64,000 nucleotides of DNA. Origin: Eledone cirrhosa. Taxonomy: Eukaryota. The DNA is taken from positions 106,702,001 through 106,766,000 of the forward strand of contig OZ024744.1 in the NCBI GenBank assembly GCA_964016885.1, read 5' to 3'. Positions 9,134 to 21,700 of the stretch are shown one piece after another. Both the position numbers and the translations under genes were made by a program. The stretch's first letter is position 1. The number at the start of each line of letters is the position of its first letter. The notes below the pieces were generated by a model. It searched no databases and was not told the origin of the DNA. It worked only from the letters and a program-made list of their open reading frames with translations.

Positions 9134-9468
9134 CGGCGGATAGTGCGCTCTGCGAAACATCTAACCGCCACTTTTTCATTGAGGACCTGCTGTCAGGTAG
9201 AGCTTTTCTGGTTGACACAGGTGCAGCTTGTTCCGTATGGCCTGTGTGTTGTATGAAGGAGACTCCCCCTGAGACGCCTATTGAGTTGCAGGCAGTAAAT
9301 TGTTCGCCGATTCGAACTTTAGGACAAATCTCGTTACCCTTGCAGTTTCGTAATCTGCGGCGCGAGTTTAAATGGATATTTGCTGTCGCTGCCTTGCCGT
9401 ATCCGATTCTAGGCGCGGATTTTCTCCACCATTTTTCATTGACGGTGGACCTTCGTGGTAACGCCTAA
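9097..9468 (+). pseudogene. pol: Aspartic protease portion of pol, separated from RT by a 1-nt deletion near 9460
   Basis: FLVDTGAACSVWP and PILGADFL motifs. GGT AA CGC CTA ATT GAT would read GKRLID with one more A and continue in the RT frame. Confidence 0.9.
9109..9169 (+). promoter_or_regulatory. Programmed -1 ribosomal frameshift signal (slippery heptamer plus predicted H-type pseudoknot)
   Basis: G_GGA_AAA at 9109-9115 in the gag frame; 6-nt spacer; stem 1 9122-9132/9141-9152; loop GGCGG 9135-9139 complementary to CCGCC 9165-9169; the protease ORF is in the -1 frame. Confidence 0.85.
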
Positions 9469-12400
9469 TTGATGGCATCACGGGATTAACTGTTGTTGGC
9501 AAGGCGGCAGGAGTTCCAACGGTTAGCCCGACATTTTTTCTTGCTAACACCGGTGATCCTTTCCATGCGTTGTTGAACTCGTTCCCGCAACTGACTCGGG
9601 GAAATTTTCGATTTGATGAACCAACTCATACCACGGAGCACTTCATATCTACAACTGGTGCTCCCGTTTTCTCTCGTCCTCGTCGCTTGCCTCCGGACAA
9701 ACTCAAAGCAGCACGATCAGAGTTTGATCATATGCTGCAAATGGGGATTATTCGTCCGTCCACGAGCCCGTGGGCGTCCCCATTACACATGGTACCGAAA
9801 GCGAATGGCGCTTGGAGACCTACTGGAGATTATCGACGCCTGAATTCGATAACAGTACCGGACCGTTATCCTATCCCTCATCTGCAAGACTTTGCGTCTT
9901 CGTTGCAGGGATGCAAGATATTCTCCAAACTGGATTTAATTCGTGCGTACCATCAAATTCCTGTCCATAAAAATGACATTCCAAAAACGGCTATAGTTAC
10001 ACCATTTGGGTCTTTCGAGTTTTTGACTATGCCATTCGGATTAAGGAATGCCGCTAGTACTTTTCAGCGGTTTATGGATGAGGTTACTCGCGGCCTCGAT
10101 TTCGTCTATACCTATATTGACGATCTGCTCATTGCTAGTTCTTCTCCAGAGCAGCATACGCACCATTTGAATCTTCTTTTCCGCCGATTGAAGGCGTATA
10201 ACGTGCAGCTTAATGCACCCAAATGTGTTTTTGGCGCTGAGTCACTGACTTTCTTGGGTCACGTCATCGATGCTGACGGTATTCGACCCCGGCCTGAGCG
10301 AGTTAAGGTCATAGAGGATTTGCCTCCACCGACCTCACTACGTCAGTTACGCCAGTTCTTAGGTCTGGTTAACCTTTATAGGCGTTTCGTGCCAAATTGT
10401 GCAAAATTGCTTTTCTCCCTGACAGAAATTTTGAAAAATTGTCGGAGGAAGAACAAAGATATTTCTTTGACAGACACTCAACTTACTGATTTTCAGCACG
10501 CCAAAACCGTTTTGGCTAATGCTTCGTTACTGACTCTCCCGGTACCCGGTGCAAAGCTAACGCTTTGTGTTGATGCATCGGATATCGCTGTGGGCGCAGT
10601 ACTACAGCAAAACATCAATGGTTACCAGCAACCGCTGGAGTTTTTTTCCCAAAAGCTAAATCCTGCTGAGACGCGCTACAGCACCTTTGGAAGAGAGCTT
10701 TTAGCCATCTATTTGGCCGTGAAACATTTTTCACATGTGCTAGAGGGTAGACAATTTACTATCCTCACTGACCATAAACCATTGACTTTTGCTTTGAGAG
10801 CGAAGGCTGATAAATACTCGCCCAGAGAGACGAGACACCTTGATTTAATCTCGCAATATACGAGTGATATCCAGCACATTCCGGGTTCACTAAATACAGC
10901 GGCCGATGCTTTGTCCCGCTTACCCGTGACAGCGATCTCGTCATCCTCTGACATAGATCTGACTCGTTTGGCTGCGGATCAGCCTTCCCTTGAGTCATTG
11001 GATGTCACATCGCCCGAGTTTGCGAATTGCGAGATGAAATACTTGCCTCTGTCGACTGCAGTTGGCCAAATTCTCTGCGACGTCTCTTTGGACGTGCCTA
11101 GGCCCTTCGTTCCAGAGAATCATCGTCGGACCGTGTTTCTGGGATTACATTGTATCTCGCATCCAGGATCTTCTGCCACAGCAAAGCTCATATCAGCTAG
11201 ATTTTTCTGGCCAAATATGAGGCGTGAAATTGCTGCTTGGTGCCGTTCCTGCGTCGCTTGCCAGAGATCAAAGGTCCATCGACACGTCAAGGCTCCCCTG
11301 GGTACCTTTGCTAACCCAGATGCGCGTTTTTCACATATTCATATTGACATAGTGGGACCTTGGCCTGTCAGCGATGGTTTTTCTTATCTACTTACCGTCA
11401 TTGACCGTTTTTCGAGATGGCCTGAGGCCATCCCCTTGAAAAACATCACCGCGGAGACAACAGCACATGCTCTTGTGTCTGGATGGATCTCTCGTTATGG
11501 AGTTCCATCCACAATAACTACCGACCGTGGACGACAGTTCGAGTCGAGCCTTTTCCTCGAGCTGTCAAAATTAATTGGTGCTAAACGCATTAGAACTACC
11601 GCATACCATCCCGCTTCGAATGGTATGGTGGAGCGTTTTCACCGCCAACTGAAGGCCTCCTTAATGGCCTCAATGGACTCGGCGCATTGGAGCGAGTACC
11701 TCCCTATTGTGCTACTAGGGATTCGGTCAACGGTGAAGGTCGACTTTGGATTTTCACCGGCCGAAGTACTGTACGGTGCCCCTCTGACGTTGCCCGGGCA
11801 AATGCTTGCCCCTATCGATCTTGATGCCCAAGATCACGCTTCCTACGTGTCCCGTTTGCGCTCCTATTTCCAGGATTTGCCGCCAATGGACACTAGGAAA
11901 CAAACTGTCAAGACTGCTGTCCCGAGGGATATTGCCTCGTGGACGCATGTTTTTGTAAGGAATGATACGGTGAAGCCCCCGCTCACACAACCTTACACTG
12001 GACCTTACCGTGTCTTAGCGCGCTCGGCTAAGCATTTCACGTTAGATATTAAGGGGTCCAGGGAGACAGTTACATTAGACAGGCTTAAGCAGGCGCACCT
12101 TGACACGGACGCTGTGGTTCCTGATCCACGAACCCCTTCGTATTTGCCTGTTGAGCGAACGACTGTTCCTGAACCACCATCATCGCCTGTCCCTGCACCA
12201 CCACCATCGCCACGTTACAAGACCACGACCCATTCAGGTCGTAGGGTCCACTGGCCCAAAACATTTTGCAGCACCGTCTATATTGAGACTATGTTAGCTG
12301 CACCTTCTTTTTGCCTCTGTGTTTCTGCTTTTTCTTTGCCTTGTTTTTTTATGCATGCATGTCGTTTTTTTAAAAGCATTTTTCAAATCCTTATTCTGGA

Positions 12401-12470
12401 TTCAATTTTTGCTAGAGCGGATAGCTCCCCCTTGTTGCATTGTTCGCCATCTTACTCAACATGTGAGTAA
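9462..12470 (+). CDS. pol: pol: reverse transcriptase, RNase H and integrase (stop-free frame)
   Basis: RT: [39 protein letters not shown] at 10113-10124. RNase H: VDASD, RELLA, TDHKPL, ADALSR. Integrase: HCISHPG...[31 protein letters not shown] module, and the terminal SGRRVHWP motif. Confidence 0.96.
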   Translation, partial: RLIDGITGLTVVGKAAGVPTVSPTFFLANTGDPFHALLNSFPQLTRGNFRFDEPTHTTEHFISTTGAPVFSRPRRLPPDKLKAARSEFDHMLQMGIIRPSTSPWASPLHMVPKANGAWRPTGDYRRLNSITVPDRYPIPHLQDFASSLQGCKIFSKLDLIRAYHQIPVHKNDIPKTAIVTPFGSFEFLTMPFGLRNAASTFQRFMDEVTRGLDFVYTYIDDLLIASSSPEQHTHHLNLLFRRLKAYNVQLNAPKCVFGAESLTFLGHVIDADGIRPRPERVKVIEDLPPPTSLRQLRQFLGLVNLYRRFVPNCAKLLFSLTEILKNCRRKNKDISLTDTQLTDFQHAKTVLANASLLTLPVPGAKLTLCVDASDIAVGAVLQQNINGYQQPLEFFSQKLNPAETRYSTFGRELLAIYLAVKHFSHVLEGRQFTILTDHKPLTFALRAKADKYSPRETRHLDLISQYTSDIQHIPGSLNTAADALSRLPVTAISSSSDIDLTRLAADQPSLESLDVTSPEFANCEMKYLPLSTAVGQILCDVSLDVPRPFVPENHRRTVFLGLHCISHPGSSATAKLISARFFWPNMRREIAAWCRSCVACQRSKVHRHVKAPLGTFANPDARFSHIHIDIVGPWPVSDGFSYLLTVIDRFSRWPEAIPLKNITAETTAHALVSGWISRYGVPSTITTDRGRQFESSLFLELSKLIGAKRIRTTAYHPASNGMVERFHRQLKASLMASMDSAHWSEYLPIVLLGIRSTVKVDFGFSPAEVLYGAPLTLPGQMLAPIDLDAQDHASYVSRLRSYFQDLPPMDTRKQTVKTAVPRDIASWTHVFVRNDTVKPPLTQPYTGPYRVLARSAKHFTLDIKGSRETVTLDRLKQAHLDTDAVVPDPRTPSYLPVERTTVPEPPSSPVPAPPPSPRYKTTTHSGRRVHWPKTFCSTVYIETMLAAPSFCLCVSAFSLPCFFMHACRFFKSIFQILILDSIFARADSSPLLHCSPSYSTCE

Positions 12471-12512
12471 TGACATCGATTTTCGATAATTTGAAAATCT
12501 GGCTCGAGGTAC

Positions 12513-12747
12513 TGTAGTAAGACGCCTCACGCTCCTTGATAGAACAACGCCGGTTGAGAACACCAGAAAGAAAAGACAGACAGCCACTGGAAAGCCGACT
12601 GATCACACGGCAGAAACCAGCCTCTGTACAACACCATTGTTTGTGCTACATCAAAAAATAAACGTATATTTCATCTCTAATTTCTGCTGTTGAAATAATT
12701 ATTATGTCACTCGTATCTCGATAACATTTATAACTAATACTGCTAAA
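12513..12747 (+). repeat. 3' LTR (235 bp)
   Basis: TGTAGTAAGACG...TACTGCTAAA, about 97% identical to the 5' LTR; AATAAA at 12657-12662. Confidence 0.96.
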
Positions 12748-15700
12748 TTGTAAAGTGGGTGAGAGGGAAGAGCTGCCTTCCAACCAGGTTCTTGTAAGGT
12801 GAGTGAGAGGGAAGTTCTGCCTTCCAACCAGTTTGTTGTAAGATGGGTGAGAGGGAAGTGCTGCCTTCCAACCTGTTTGTTGTAAAGTGGGTGAGAGGGA
12901 AGTGCTGCCTTCCAACCAGTTTGTTGTAAGGTGGGTGAGAGGCAAGTGCTGCCTTCCAACCAGTTTGTTGTAAGACGGGTGAGAGGGAAGTCCTGCCTTC
13001 CAACCTGTTTGTTGTAAAGTGGCTGAGAGGGAAGTGCTACCTTCCAACCTGTTTGATGTAAATGGGTGGTTGAGAGGGAAGTGCTGACTTCCAACCAGTT
13101 TGTTGTAAGGTGGGTGAGAGGGAAGTGCTGCCTTCCAACCAGTTTGTTGTGAAGTGGGTGAGAGGGAAGTCCTGCCTTCCAACCTGTTTGTTGGAAGGTG
13201 GGTGAGAGGTAAGTGCTGCCTTCTAACCAGTTTGTTATAAGGTGGGTGAGAGGAAAGTGCTGCCTTCCAACAAGTTTTTTGTAAAGTGGGTGAGAGGGAA
13301 GTGCTGCCTTCCAACCAGTTTGTTGTAAGATGGGTGAGAGGGAAGTGCTGTATTCCAAACTGTTTGTTGTAAAGTGGGTGAGAGGGAAGTGCTGCCTTCT
13401 AACCAGTTTGTTGTAAAGTGGGTGAGAGGGAAGAGATGCCTTCTAACCAGTTTCTTGTAAGGTGGGTGAGAGAGAAGTGCTGCCTTCCAACCAGTTTGTT
13501 GTGAAGTGGGTGAGAGGGAAGTCCTGCCTTCCAACCTGTTTGTTGTAAGGTGGGTGAGAGAGAAGTGCTACCTTCCAACCAGTTCGTTGTAAAGTGGGTG
13601 AGAGGGAAGTGCTGCATTCCAACCAGTTTGTTGTAAGGTGGGTGAGAGGGAAGTGCTGCCTTCCAACCAGTTTGTTGTAAGGTGCATGAGAGAGAAGTGC
13701 TCCCTTCCAACCAGTTTGTTGTAAGGTGGGTGAGAGGGAAGTGCTCCCTTCCAACCTGTTTGTTGTAAGGTGGGTGAGAGGGAAGTGCTCCCTTCCAACC
13801 TGTTTGTTGTAAGGTGGGTGAGAGGGAAGTGCTGCCTTCCAACCAGTTTTTGTAAAGTGGGTGAGAGGGAATGGCTCCCTTCCAACCAGTTTGTTGTAAA
13901 GTGGGTGAGAGGGAAGTGCTGCCTTCTAACCAGTTTGTTGTAAGTTGGGTGAGAGGGAATGCTGCCTTCCAACCAGTTTGTTGTAAGCTGGGTGAGAGGG
14001 CAGTGCTGCCTTCCAACCAATTTGTTGTAAGAAGGGTGAGAGGGAAGTGCTGCCTTCTAACCAGTTTGTTGTAAAGTGGGTGAGAGGGAAGTGGTGACTT
14101 CCAAACAGTATGTTGTAAAGTGGGTGAGAGGGAAGTGCTGGCTTTCAACCAGTTTGTTGTAAAGTGGGTGAGAGGGAAGTGCTGCCTTCCAACCTGTTTG
14201 TTGTAAGGTGGGTGAGAGGGAAGTGCTGCCTTCTAACCAGTTTGTTGTAAAGTGGGTGAGAGGGAAGTGCTGACTTTCAACCAGTTTATTGTAAAGTCGG
14301 TAAGAGGGAAGTGCTGCCTTCCAACTAGTTTGTTGTAAGGTGGGTAAGAGGGAAGTCCTGCCTTCTAACCAGTTTGTTGTAAAGTGGGTGAGAGGGAAGT
14401 GCTGCCTTCCAACCAGTTTGTTGTAAAGTGGGTGAGAGGAAAGAGCTGCCTTCCAACGAGTTTGTTGTAAGGTGAATGAGAGGGAAGTTCTGCCTTCCAA
14501 CCAGTTTGTTGTAAGATGGGTGAGAGGGAAGTGCTGCCTTCCAACCTGTTTCTTGTAAGGTGGGTGAGAGGGAAGTGCTGCCTTCCAACCAGTTTATTGT
14601 AAGGTGGGTGAGAGCGAAGTGCTGCCTTCCAACCAGTTTGTTGTAAGATGGGTGAGAGGGAAGTCCTGCCTTCCAACCTGTTTGTTGTAAAATAGCTAAG
14701 CGGGAAGTGCTGCCTTCCAACCTGTTTGTTGTAAAATGGGTGGGTGAGAGGGAAGTGCTGATTCCAACCAGTTTGTTGTAAAGTGGTTGAGAGGGAAGTG
14801 CTGACTTCCAACCATTTTGTTGTAAGGTGGGTGAGAGGGAAGTGCTGCCTTCTAACCAGTTTGTTGTGAAGTGGGTGAGAGGGAAGTCCTGCCTTCCAAC
14901 CTGTTTGTTGGAAGGTGGGTGAGAGGTAAGTGCTACCTTCTAACCAGTTTGTTATAAGGTGGGTGAGAGGAAAGTGCTGCCTTCCAACAAGTTTTTTGTA
15001 AAGTGGGTGAGAGGGAAGTGCTGCCTTCCAACCAGTTTGTTGTAAAGTGGGTGAGAGGGAAGTGCTGCCTTCTAACCAGTTTGTTGTAAAGTGGGTGAGA
15101 GGGAAGAGATGCCTTCCAACCAGTTTCTTGTAAGGTGGGTGAGAGAGAAGTGCTGCCTTCCAACCAGTTTGTTGTGAAGTGGGTGAGAGGGAAGTCCTGC
15201 CTTCCAACCTGTTTGTTGTAAGGTGGGTGAGAGAGAAGTGCTACCTACCAACCAGTTCGTTGTAAAGTGGGTGAGAGGGAAGTGCTGCATTCCAACCAGT
15301 TTGTTGTAAGGTGGGTGAGAGGGAAGTGCTGCCTTCCAACCAGTTTGTTGTAAGGTGCATGAGAGAGAAGTGCTCCCTTCCAACCAGTTTGTTGTAAGGT
15401 GGGTGAGAGGGAAGTGCTCCCTTCCAACCTGTTTCTTGTAAGGTGGGTGAGAGGGAATGGCTCCCTTCCAACCAGTTTGTTGTAAAGTGGGTGAGAGGGA
15501 AGTGCTGCCTTCTAACCAGTTTGTTGTAAGGTGGGTGAGAGGGAAGTGCTGCCTTCCAACCAGTTTGTTGTAAGTTGGGTGAGAGGGAATGCTGCCTTCC
15601 AACCAGTTTGTTGTAAGCTGGGTGAGAGGGCAGTGCTGCCTTCCAACCAATTTGTTGTAAGAAGGGTGAGAGGGAAGTGCTGCCTTCTAACCAGTTTGTT

Positions 15701-18700
15701 GTAAAGTGGGTGAGAGGGAAGTGGTGACTTCCAAACAGTATGTTGTAAAGTGGGTGAGAGGGAAGTGCTGGCTTTCAACCAGTTTGTTGTAAAGTGGGTG
15801 AGAGGGAAGTGCTGCCTTCCAACCTGTTTGTTGTAAGGTGGGTGAGAGGGAAGTGCTGCCTTCTAACCAGTTTGTTGTAAAGTGGGTGAGAGGGAAGTGC
15901 TGACTTTCAACCAGTTTATTGTAAAGTCGGTAAGAGGGAAGTGCTGCCTTCTAACCAGTTTGTTGTAAGGTGGGTGAGAGGGAAGTCCTGCCTTCTAACC
16001 AGATTGTTGTAAAGTGGGTGAGAGGGAAGTGCTGCCTTTAAACCTCTTTGTGGTAAGGTGGGTGAGAGGGAAGTGCTGCCTTCCAACCAGTTTGTTGTAA
16101 AGTGGGTGAGAGGAAAGAGCTGCCTTCCAACGAGTTTGTTGTAAGGTGAATGAGAGGGAAGTTCTGCCTTCCAACCAGTTTGTTGTAAGATGGGTGAGAG
16201 GGAAGTGCTGCCTTCCAACCTGTTTCTTGTAAGGTGGGTGAGAGGGAAGTGCTGCCTTCCAACCAGTTTATTGTAAGGTGGGTGAGAGCGAAGTGCTGCC
16301 TTCCAACCAGTTTGTTGTAAGATGGGTGAGAGGGAAGTCCTGCCTTCCAACCTGTTTGTTGTAAAATAGCTAAGCGGGAAGTGCTGCCTTCCAACCTGTT
16401 TGTTGTAAAATGGGTGGGTGAGAGGGAAGTGCTGACTTCCAACCAGTTTGTTGTAAAGTGGGTGAGAGTGAAGTTCTGCCTTCCAACCTGTTTGTTGTAA
16501 GGTGGGTGAGAGGGAAGTGCTGCCTTCCAACCTGTTTGTTGTAAGGTGGGTGAAAGGGAAGCGCTGCCTTCTAACCAGTTTGTTGTAAGGTGGGTGAGAG
16601 GGAAGTGCTGCAGTCCAACCAGTTTGTTGTAACGTGGGTGAGAGGGAAGTGCTGCATTCTAACCAGTTTGTTGTAAGGTGGGTTTGAGGGAAGTGCTGCA
16701 TTCCAACCAGTTTGTTGTAAGGTGGGTGAGAGAGAAGTGCTGCCTTCCAACCTGTTTGTTTTAAGGTGGGTGAGTGGGAAGTCCTGCCTTCCAAGCTGTT
16801 TGTTGTAAAGTGGCTGAGAGGGAAGTGCTGCCTTCCAACCTGTTTGTTCTAAAATGGGTGGGTGAGAGGGAAGTGCTGAGTTCCAACCAGTTTGTTGTAA
16901 GATGGGTGAGAGGGAAGTGCTGCCTTCCAACCTGTTTGTTGTAAGGTGGGTGAGAAGGAAGTGCTGCCTTCCAACCTGTTTGTTGTAAGGTGGGTGAGAG
17001 GGAAGTGCTGCCTTCCAACCAATTTGTTGTAAGAAGGGTGAGAGGGAAGTGCTGCCTTCCAACCAGTTTCTTGTAAAGAGGGTGAGAGGGAAGTGCTGCC
17101 TTCCAACCAGTTTGTTGTAAAGTGGCTTAGAGGGAAGAGCTGCCTTCCAACCAGTTTCTTGTAAGGTGAGTGAGAGGGAAGTGCTGCCTTCCAACCAGTT
17201 TGTCGTGAAGTGGGTGAGAGGAAAGTCCTGCCTTCCAACCTGTTTGTTGTAAGGTGGCTGAGAGAGAAGTACTACCTTCCAACCAGTTCGTTGTGAAGTG
17301 GGTGAGAGGGAAGTGCTGCATTCCAACCAGTTTGTTGTAACGTGGGTGAGAGGGAAGTGCTGCCTTCCAACCGGTTTGTTGTAAGGTGCGTGAGAGAGAA
17401 GTGCTCCCTTCCAACCAGTTTGTTGTAAGGTGGGTGAGAGGGAAGTGCTCTCTTCCAACCTGTTTGTTGTAAGTGGGTGAGAGGTAAGTGCTGCCTTCTA
17501 ACTAGTTTGTTATAAGGTGGGTGAGAGGGAAGTGCTGCCTTCCAAACAGTTTCTTGTAAAGTGGGCGAGAGGGAAGTGCTGCCTTCCAACCAGTTTGTTG
17601 TAAGGTGGGTGAGAGGGAAGTGCTGCCTTCCAACCAATTTGTTGTAAAGTGGGTGAGAGAAAAGTTCTGCCTTCTAAACAATATGTTGTAAAGTGGGTTA
17701 GAGGGAAGTGCTGGCTTCCAACCAGTTTGTTGTAAAGTGGGTGAGAGGGAAGTGCTGCCTTCCAACCTGTTTTTTGTAAGGTGGGTGAGAGGGAAGTGCT
17801 GCCTTCTAACCAGTTTGTTGTAAAGTGGGTGAGAGGGATGTGCTGACTTTCAACCAGTTTAATGAAAAGTGGGTTCGAGGGAAGTGCTGCCTTCTAACCA
17901 GTTTGTTGTAAGGTGGGTGAGAGGGAAGTCCTGCCTTCTAACCTGTTTATTGTAAAGGGTGTGAGAGGGAAGTGCTGCCTTCCAACCTGTTTGTTGTAAG
18001 ATGGGTGAGAGGGATGTGCTGCCTTCAAACCTGTTTGTTGTAAAGTGGGTGAGAGGGAAGTGCTGCCTTCCAACCAGTTTGTTGTAAGATGGGTGAGAGG
18101 GAAGTTCTGCCTTCCAACCTGTTTGTTGTAAAGTGGCTAAGCGGGAAGTGCTGCCTTCCATCCTGTTTGTTGTAAAATGGGTGGGTGAGAGGGAAGTGCT
18201 GACTTCCAACCAGGTTGTTGTAAGGTGGGTGAGAGTGAAGTGCTGCCTTCCAACCTGTTTGTTGTAAGGTGGGTGAGAGAGAAGTGCTGCCTTCCAACCT
18301 GTTTGTTGTAAGGTGGGTGAGAGGGAAGTGCTGCCTTCTAACCAGTTTGTTGTAAGAAGAGTGAGAGGGAAGTGCTGCCTTCCAACCACTTTGTTGTAAA
18401 GTGGGTGAGAGGGAAGTGCGGCTTTCCAACCAGTTTGTTGTAAGGTGGGTGAGAGAAAGTGCTGACTTCCAACCGGTTTGTTGTAAAGTGGGTGAGACGG
18501 AAAAAGCTGCCTTCTAACCAGTTTGTTATAAGCTGGGTGAGAGGGAAATGCTGCCTTCCAACCTGTTTGTTGTAAGGTGGGTGACAGGGAAGTGCTGCCT
18601 TCCAACCAGTTTGTTTTTAAATGGGTGGGTGAGAGGGAAGTGCTTCCTTCCAATCTGTTTGTTGTAAAGTGGGTGAGTGGGAACTGCTGCCTTCCAACCA

Positions 18701-21700
18701 GTTTGTTGTAAGGTGGGTGAGAGGGAAGTGCTGCCTTCCAACCAGTTTGTTGTAAAGTGGGTGAGTGGGAACTGCTGCCTTCCAACCAGTTTGTTGTAAG
18801 GTGGGTGAGAGGGCAGTGCTGCCTTCCAACCAGTTTGTTGTAAGATGGTTGAGAGGGAAGTCCTGACTTCCAACCAATTTGTTGTAAAGTGGCTGAGAGG
18901 AAAGCGCTGCCTTCCAACCAGTTTGTTTTAAAATGGGTGGGTGAGAGGGAAGTGCTGCCTTCTAGCAAGTTTGTTGTAAAGTGGTTGAGAGGGAGTGCTG
19001 CCTTCCAACCTGTTAGTTGTAACGTGGTTGAGAGGGAAGTGCTGCATTCCAACCAGTTTCTTGTAAGGTGGGCGAGAGGGAAGTGCTGCTTTCCAACCAG
19101 TTTGTTGTAAAGTGAGTGAGTGGTAAGTGCTCCATTCAAACCAATTTGTTGTAAGGTGGGTGAGAGGGAAGTGCTGCCTTCCAACCAGTGTGTTGTAAGA
19201 TGGGTGAGAGGGAAGTCCTGCCTTCCAGCCAGTCTGTTGTAAAGTGGCTGAGAGGTAAGTGCTGCCTTCCAACCTGTTTGTTGTAAAATGGGTGGGTAAG
19301 AGGGAAGTGCTGACTTCCAACCATTTTGATGCAAGCTGGGTGAGAGGGAAGTTCTGCCTTCTAACCAGTTTGTCGTAAAGTGGGTGAGAGGGAAGTGCTG
19401 CCTTCCAAACAGTTTGTTGTAAGGTGGGTGAGAGGGAAGTGCTGCCTTCCAACCAGTTTGTTGTAAGGTGGGTGAGAGGGAAGAGCTGCCTTCCAACCAT
19501 TTTGTTGTAAGCTGGGTGAGAGGGAAGTGCTGCATTCCAACCAGTTTGTTGTAAGATGGGTGAGTGGGAAGTGCTGCCTTCTAACCAGTTTGTTGTAAAG
19601 TGGGTGAGAGGGAAGTGCTGCCTTCCAACCAGTTTGTTGTAAGGTGGGTGAGAGGGAAGTGCTGCCTTCCAACCAGTTTGTTGTGAGATGGTTGAGAGGG
19701 AAGTCCTGACTTCCAACCAGTTTGTTGTAAGATGGGTGAGAGGGAAATGCTGCCTTCCAACCAGTTTGTTGTGAGATGGTTGAGAGGGAAGTCCTGACTT
19801 CCAACCAGTTTGTTGCAAAGTGGCTGAGAGGAAAGCGCTGCCTTCCAACCTGTTTGTTGTAAAATGGGCGGGTGAGAGGGAAGTGCTGCCTTCCAACCAG
19901 ATTCTTGTAAGGTGGGTGAGAGAGAAGTGCTGCCTTCCAACCAGATTGTTGTGAAGTGGGTGAGAGGGAAGTCCTGCCTTCCAACCAGTTCGTTGTAAGC
20001 TGGGTGAGAGGGAAGGGCTGCCTTCCAACCTGTTTGTTGTAAGGTGGGTGAGAGGTAAGTGCTGCCTTCTAACCTGTTTGTTGTAAGGTGGGTGAGAGGG
20101 AAGTGCTGCCTTCCAACCTGTTTGTTGTAAGGTGGGTGAGAGGGAAGTGCTGCATTCCAACCAGTTTGTTGTAAGATGGGTGAGAGGGAAGTGCTGCCTA
20201 CCAACCAGTTTGTTGTAAAGTAGGTGAGAGGGAAGTGCTGCCTTCCAACCTGTTTGTTGTAAGGTGGGTGAGAGGGAAGTGCTGCATTCCAACCAGTTTG
20301 TTGTAAGATGGGTGAGAGGGAAGTGCTGCCTACCAACCACTTTGTTGTAAAGTAGGTGAGAGGGAAGTGCTGCCTTCCACCCAGTTTGTTGTAAGGTGGG
20401 TGAGGGGAAGTGCTGCCTTCCAACCAGTTTATGTAAAGTGGGTCAGAGGGAAGTGCTGCGTTCCAACCAGTTTGTTGTAAGATGGGTGAGAGGGAAGTCC
20501 TGCCTTCCAACCAGTTCGTTGTAAAGTGGCTGAGAGGGAAGTGCTGCCTTCCAACCTGTTTGTTGTAAAACGGGTGGGTAAGAGGGAAGTGCTGACTTCC
20601 AAACAGTTTGTTGTAAGGTGGGTGAGAGGGATGTGCTGCCTTCTAGCCAGTTTGTTGTAAAGTGGGTGAGAGGGAGTGCTGCCTTCCAACCAGTTTGTTG
20701 TAAGATGGGTGAGAGGGAGTGCTGCCTTCCAACCAGTTTGTTGTAAAGTGGGTGAGAGGGAAGTGCTGCCTTCCAAGCTGTTAGTTGTAACGTGGGTGAG
20801 AGAGAAGTGTTGCATTCCAACCAGTTTCTTGAAAGGTGGGTGAGAGGGATGTGCTGCCTTCTAGCCAGTTTGTTGTAAGATGGGTAAGAGGGAAGTGCTG
20901 CCTTCCAACCAGTTTGTTGTAAGGTGGGTCAGAGGGAACTGCTGCCTTCCAACCAGTTTGTTGTAAGATGGTGAGAGGGAAGTGCTGCCTTCCAACCAGT
21001 TTGTTGTAAGGTGGGTCAGAGGGAAGTACTGCGTTCCAACCAGTTTGTTGTAAGATGGGTGAGAGGGAAGTCCTGCCTTCCAACCAGTTTGTTGTAAAAT
21101 GGCTGAGAGGGAAGTGCTGCCTTCCAACCTGTTTGTTGTAAAACGGGTGGTTAAGAGGGAAGTGCTGACTTCCAAACAGTTGTTGTAAGGTGGGTGAGCG
21201 GGAAGTCCTTCGTTCCAACCTGTTTGACGTAAGGTGTGTGAGATGGAAATGCTACCTTCCAACCTGTTTGTTGTAAGGTGGGTGAGAAGGAAGTGCTGCC
21301 TTCTAACCAGTTTGTTGTAAAGTGGAGGAGAGGGAAGAGCTGCCTTCCAACCTGTTTTTTGTAACGGGGGTGAGAGGGAAGTGCTGCCTTCCAACCATTT
21401 TGATGTAAGTTGGGTGAGAGGGAAGTTCTGCCTTCTAACCAGTTTGTTGTAAAGTGGGTGAGAGTGAAATGCCGCCTTCCAACGAGATTCTTGTAAAGTG
21501 GGTGAGAGGAAAGTGCTGACTTTCAACCAGTTTATTGTAAGCTGGGTGAGAGGGAAGTGCTGCATTCCAGCCAGTTTGTTGTAAGGTGGGTGAGAGCGAA
21601 GTGCTGCCTTCTAACCAGTTTGTTGTAAGAAGAGTGAGAGGGAAGTGGTGCCATCCTACCTGTTTGTTGTAAGGTGGGTGAGAGGGAAGTGCTGCCTTCC

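Larger units (their letters stand above)
7229..12747 (+). mobile_element. Full-length Ty3/Gypsy LTR retrotransposon, CsRn1-like clade, 5519 bp
   Basis: Two 235-bp direct LTRs, 4-bp TSD, tRNA-Trp-like PBS, Gag with C-X2-H-X9-C-X3-C (CHCC) knuckle, and Gypsy domain order PR-RT-RH-IN. The CHCC knuckle, Trp PBS and 4-bp TSD are described features of the CsRn1 lineage. Confidence 0.97.

Noticed and set aside
12503-12512. CTCGAG-GTAC resembling an XhoI/KpnI polylinker (vector contamination)
   Set aside because: KpnI site is incomplete, no other vector sequence is present, and it sits at the natural PPT position.
7789-12606. Small alternative-frame and antisense ORFs within the Gypsy element, including a possible env
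   Set aside because: They are short, lack recognisable motifs and overlap gag/pol or T-rich leader; only 42 nt separate the pol stop from the 3' LTR, so there is no room for env.
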